From positions 20,007 to 84,006 of the forward strand of contig PMDZ01000006.1 in assembly GCA_003155695.1 (NCBI GenBank): a DNA stretch of 64,000 nucleotides. Reading direction: 5' to 3'. The stretch comes from Candidatus Nomurabacteria bacterium. GTDB taxonomy: Bacteria > Patescibacteriota > Minisyncoccia > Phycocordibacterales > UBA9973. The notes under the pieces were generated by a model. That model saw only the letters and a program-made list of their open reading frames with translations. It searched no databases and was not told where the DNA came from. The translations under genes were made by a program, and so were the position numbers. The stretch's first letter is position 1, and each line of letters starts with the position of its first letter. Positions 62,162 to 64,000 of this stretch are shown here, one piece after another.

Positions 62162-63386
62162 GTGTTACCAAAAGGCATAATGCCAATGTTGTTGTTACAG
62201 ATGAACCAATAATTCCAAACTTAGGAACAAAAATAATATTAAATACCAAATTAAAAACCAATGCGCAAATATTAGCGATGAGGAGTTTTCTTTGCTTATT
62301 TGCAGCGATTGAACCATATATAATCAAAAAATTCAGAAAAGTTGGGATAAGAGAAATAAATAATATTCGGAGAGCGTCGATGCTTCCAATATAATCTTTC
62401 CCGTATATTAAAATTATTATCGTCCTTGAAAAAAACATTCCAAGTACAGCTACAACAATTGCCAACCCAGAATAAAATTTAGCATATTTTTTTAATAGAT
62501 TCTTGAATTTTTGTATATCTTCTTTTGCGCTCCTGACTAAAGTTGGTAACAATGATATTGAAAGAAATGCGGGTATAACATATAAAAACAATATGATTCT
62601 TTGTGCTGAAGAATACAGACCGACTTGTTGCACTCCTTTAAAATATCCTAAAATAAGAGTATCAACATTGAAAGCTGTAGTATTTACTGCAAAATTAATG
62701 GTGATCGGCAAAGCAGCTACGAAAATTATTAAAGCGAGTTTTTTGGAAAAATTGAAAAATATTTCTCTTCGATACTCGGCAAGCGAAAATATTGAAAATA
62801 ATAATCCTATGAAAGCCCCTATACTGTATCCCACTGCAAGAAAAAAAACATTTTTATATAAAAAAAGAAATAAAATACCCAGGATCCCGACGGAGGCATA
62901 CGCAATTATTTTCAATACTGCCTCACGCTCCATTTTTTCCAATGAGCGGTGAAAAGACATGAAAAATTCTCTCAAGGAATCAAAGACGAGAAAAAGCAGT
63001 ACGAAGAAAACCAACCACCCATCAACTTTTATCTTTCCTAGGTGAATAAGGACAAAAGTTAACAATGAAGCGAAAATAAGAAGTGAGAATTTAAGATAAA
63101 ATGCCGTCGAAAAATATGAGGTTTTATAATCATTATCAGTTGAAAGTTCTTTTGTTGCCAAGGTGTTTAACCCGACGTCGGTAAATGAAATAAACAATGA
63201 GGCAAAAGCAAGAATATACGAAAATAGTCCCCAACCCGTGAGCCCAAGGGTTCTTGCGGCGTAAATAACCAGAATCATTTTAAACAATCTTCCTATTACT
63301 TCTCCGAAAAATAGCCATACAGTATTTTTAATAACAGTTTGTTTGGTATTAGTATTTACAAAAAAGAAATTCTTAATTTGCTCCAT
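62130..63386 (-). CDS. Polysaccharide/oligosaccharide flippase (Wzx, MOP superfamily)
   Basis: A 418-aa protein with about 12-14 TM helices in the Polysacc_synt-like arrangement. It is convergent with the glycosyltransferase operon. Confidence 0.75.
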   Translation of the reverse strand: MEQIKNFFFVNTNTKQTVIKNTVWLFFGEVIGRLFKMILVIYAARTLGLTGWGLFSYILAFASLFISFTDVGLNTLATKELSTDNDYKTSYFSTAFYLKFSLLIFASLLTFVLIHLGKIKVDGWLVFFVLLFLVFDSLREFFMSFHRSLEKMEREAVLKIIAYASVGILGILFLFLYKNVFFLAVGYSIGAFIGLLFSIFSLAEYRREIFFNFSKKLALIIFVAALPITINFAVNTTAFNVDTLILGYFKGVQQVGLYSSAQRIILFLYVIPAFLSISLLPTLVRSAKEDIQKFKNLLKKYAKFYSGLAIVVAVLGMFFSRTIIILIYGKDYIGSIDALRILFISLIPTFLNFLIIYGSIAANKQRKLLIANICALVFNLVFNIIFVPKFGIIGSSVTTTLALCLLVTLSWKRVLSSI

Positions 63387-63828
63387 TTTTATTTTTCAAA
63401 ATTTTAGATTCTTCCTCAAGGATCCTTTTTCTTAGATTACTTGTTGAATAATTATGGTTGCGACTGTTATAAATGACTTTCATATCAGGGAGCATGTCTC
63501 TTGAGTAATTTGGTTTATTCCGCCAATCTTCTCCCATAAAGCGTACATCCGGATTAATTTTTTTCAATAATGTAAGCAGTCCTTTTTCGGTATTGTAAAT
63601 TTCTATTTTATCAATATGTCGGCAGGCCTTTAATTGGATAAACCTTTCCTCCATGGATTGAATTGGTTTATGTTTATCCTTCCTATCTATTGAAGGGTCA
63701 ATTTGTAATCCAACAACTAGATAGTCACATTGCTTTCTCGCTTCTTCGAACATCAAATAATGACCGGCATGGGTCAAGTCAAAAGCCCCGCAAGTGAAAC
63801 CAATAATTTTTTTACCTTTCTTTTTCAT
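63373..63828 (-). CDS. Cytidylyltransferase-family nucleotidyltransferase (TagD / RfaE domain II-like)
   Basis: IIGFTCGAFDLTHAGHYLMFEEA matches the (H/T)xGH motif of CTP_transf_like enzymes. It overlaps the upstream Wzx gene by 14 nt. Confidence 0.75.
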   Translation of the reverse strand: MKKKGKKIIGFTCGAFDLTHAGHYLMFEEARKQCDYLVVGLQIDPSIDRKDKHKPIQSMEERFIQLKACRHIDKIEIYNTEKGLLTLLKKINPDVRFMGEDWRNKPNYSRDMLPDMKVIYNSRNHNYSTSNLRKRILEEESKILKNKNGAN

Positions 63829-64000
63829 ATAGGCCTATTTTAACATAAAAGGGAAGGGAAAATAACTAACCCCACAGGTCTTCCTATGGGGTATCTAGAT
63901 TGCTTGCTTTTTAATACTAGTTATAGTATGATAATATCATATTATTATTTAATACAATTATAAGATTATGAGTACAATATCTGTTCCGATTTCTTCTAAA

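Overview
This window is a low-GC, gene-dense bacterial segment with almost no untranslated space. Its gene content, which includes a type IV pilus block, a ComEC split across two separate ORFs, giant repetitive surface proteins and a minimal set of housekeeping genes, is typical of Patescibacteria/CPR-like genomes, but that assignment is an inference from content alone.

Recognisable genes, in order along the window:
- A membrane thioredoxin-like and DsbB-like disulfide-forming pair, followed by cutA.
- A type IV pilus module: pilB, pilC, a 604-aa prepilin, a pseudopilin and a further membrane protein.
- tpiA-pgk, two methyltransferases, a HIT hydrolase, recJ and rnhA.
- ComEC split into a channel part and a separate metallo-beta-lactamase part, with a superoxide dismutase gene between them on the opposite strand.
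- rpmB, an M50 protease, rpsL-rpsG-fusA, an FKBP and a MacAB-like ABC efflux set.
- A SIMPL protein, secE-nusG-rplK, efp, recA and ftsK.
- A long surface-glycan cluster: two Wzy_C proteins, an epimerase, methyltransferases, glycosyltransferases GT2 and GT4, a Wzx flippase and a cytidylyltransferase.

Features not explained by standard annotation:
- Three same-strand paralogs of a roughly 580-aa, roughly 40-cysteine protein. Each has mirrored zinc-ribbon-like modules at both termini and an internally duplicated Cys/Asn/Tyr-rich core. I cannot assign them to any named family.
- A family of at least six copies of a roughly 92-bp interspersed repeat in both orientations, confined to intergenic spaces, whose stems are maintained by compensatory substitutions.
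- A 1443-aa surface protein built of three repeated modules of 17-aa tandem repeats (with a perfect 51-nt duplication), ending in a phage-tail-fibre-type self-cleaving chaperone domain.
- An adjacent roughly 1070-aa putative adhesin combining a vWA domain, SdrD-B-like domains and a CxLHPTDPSC repeat array.
- A roughly 960-bp noncoding island upstream of an S-layer-like gene with an N-terminal peptidoglycan-binding domain. The island contains a 25-bp perfect inverted repeat around a GC-rich 61-nt loop and five TTGATAGAG direct repeats.

No rRNA, tRNA or CRISPR array was recognised.
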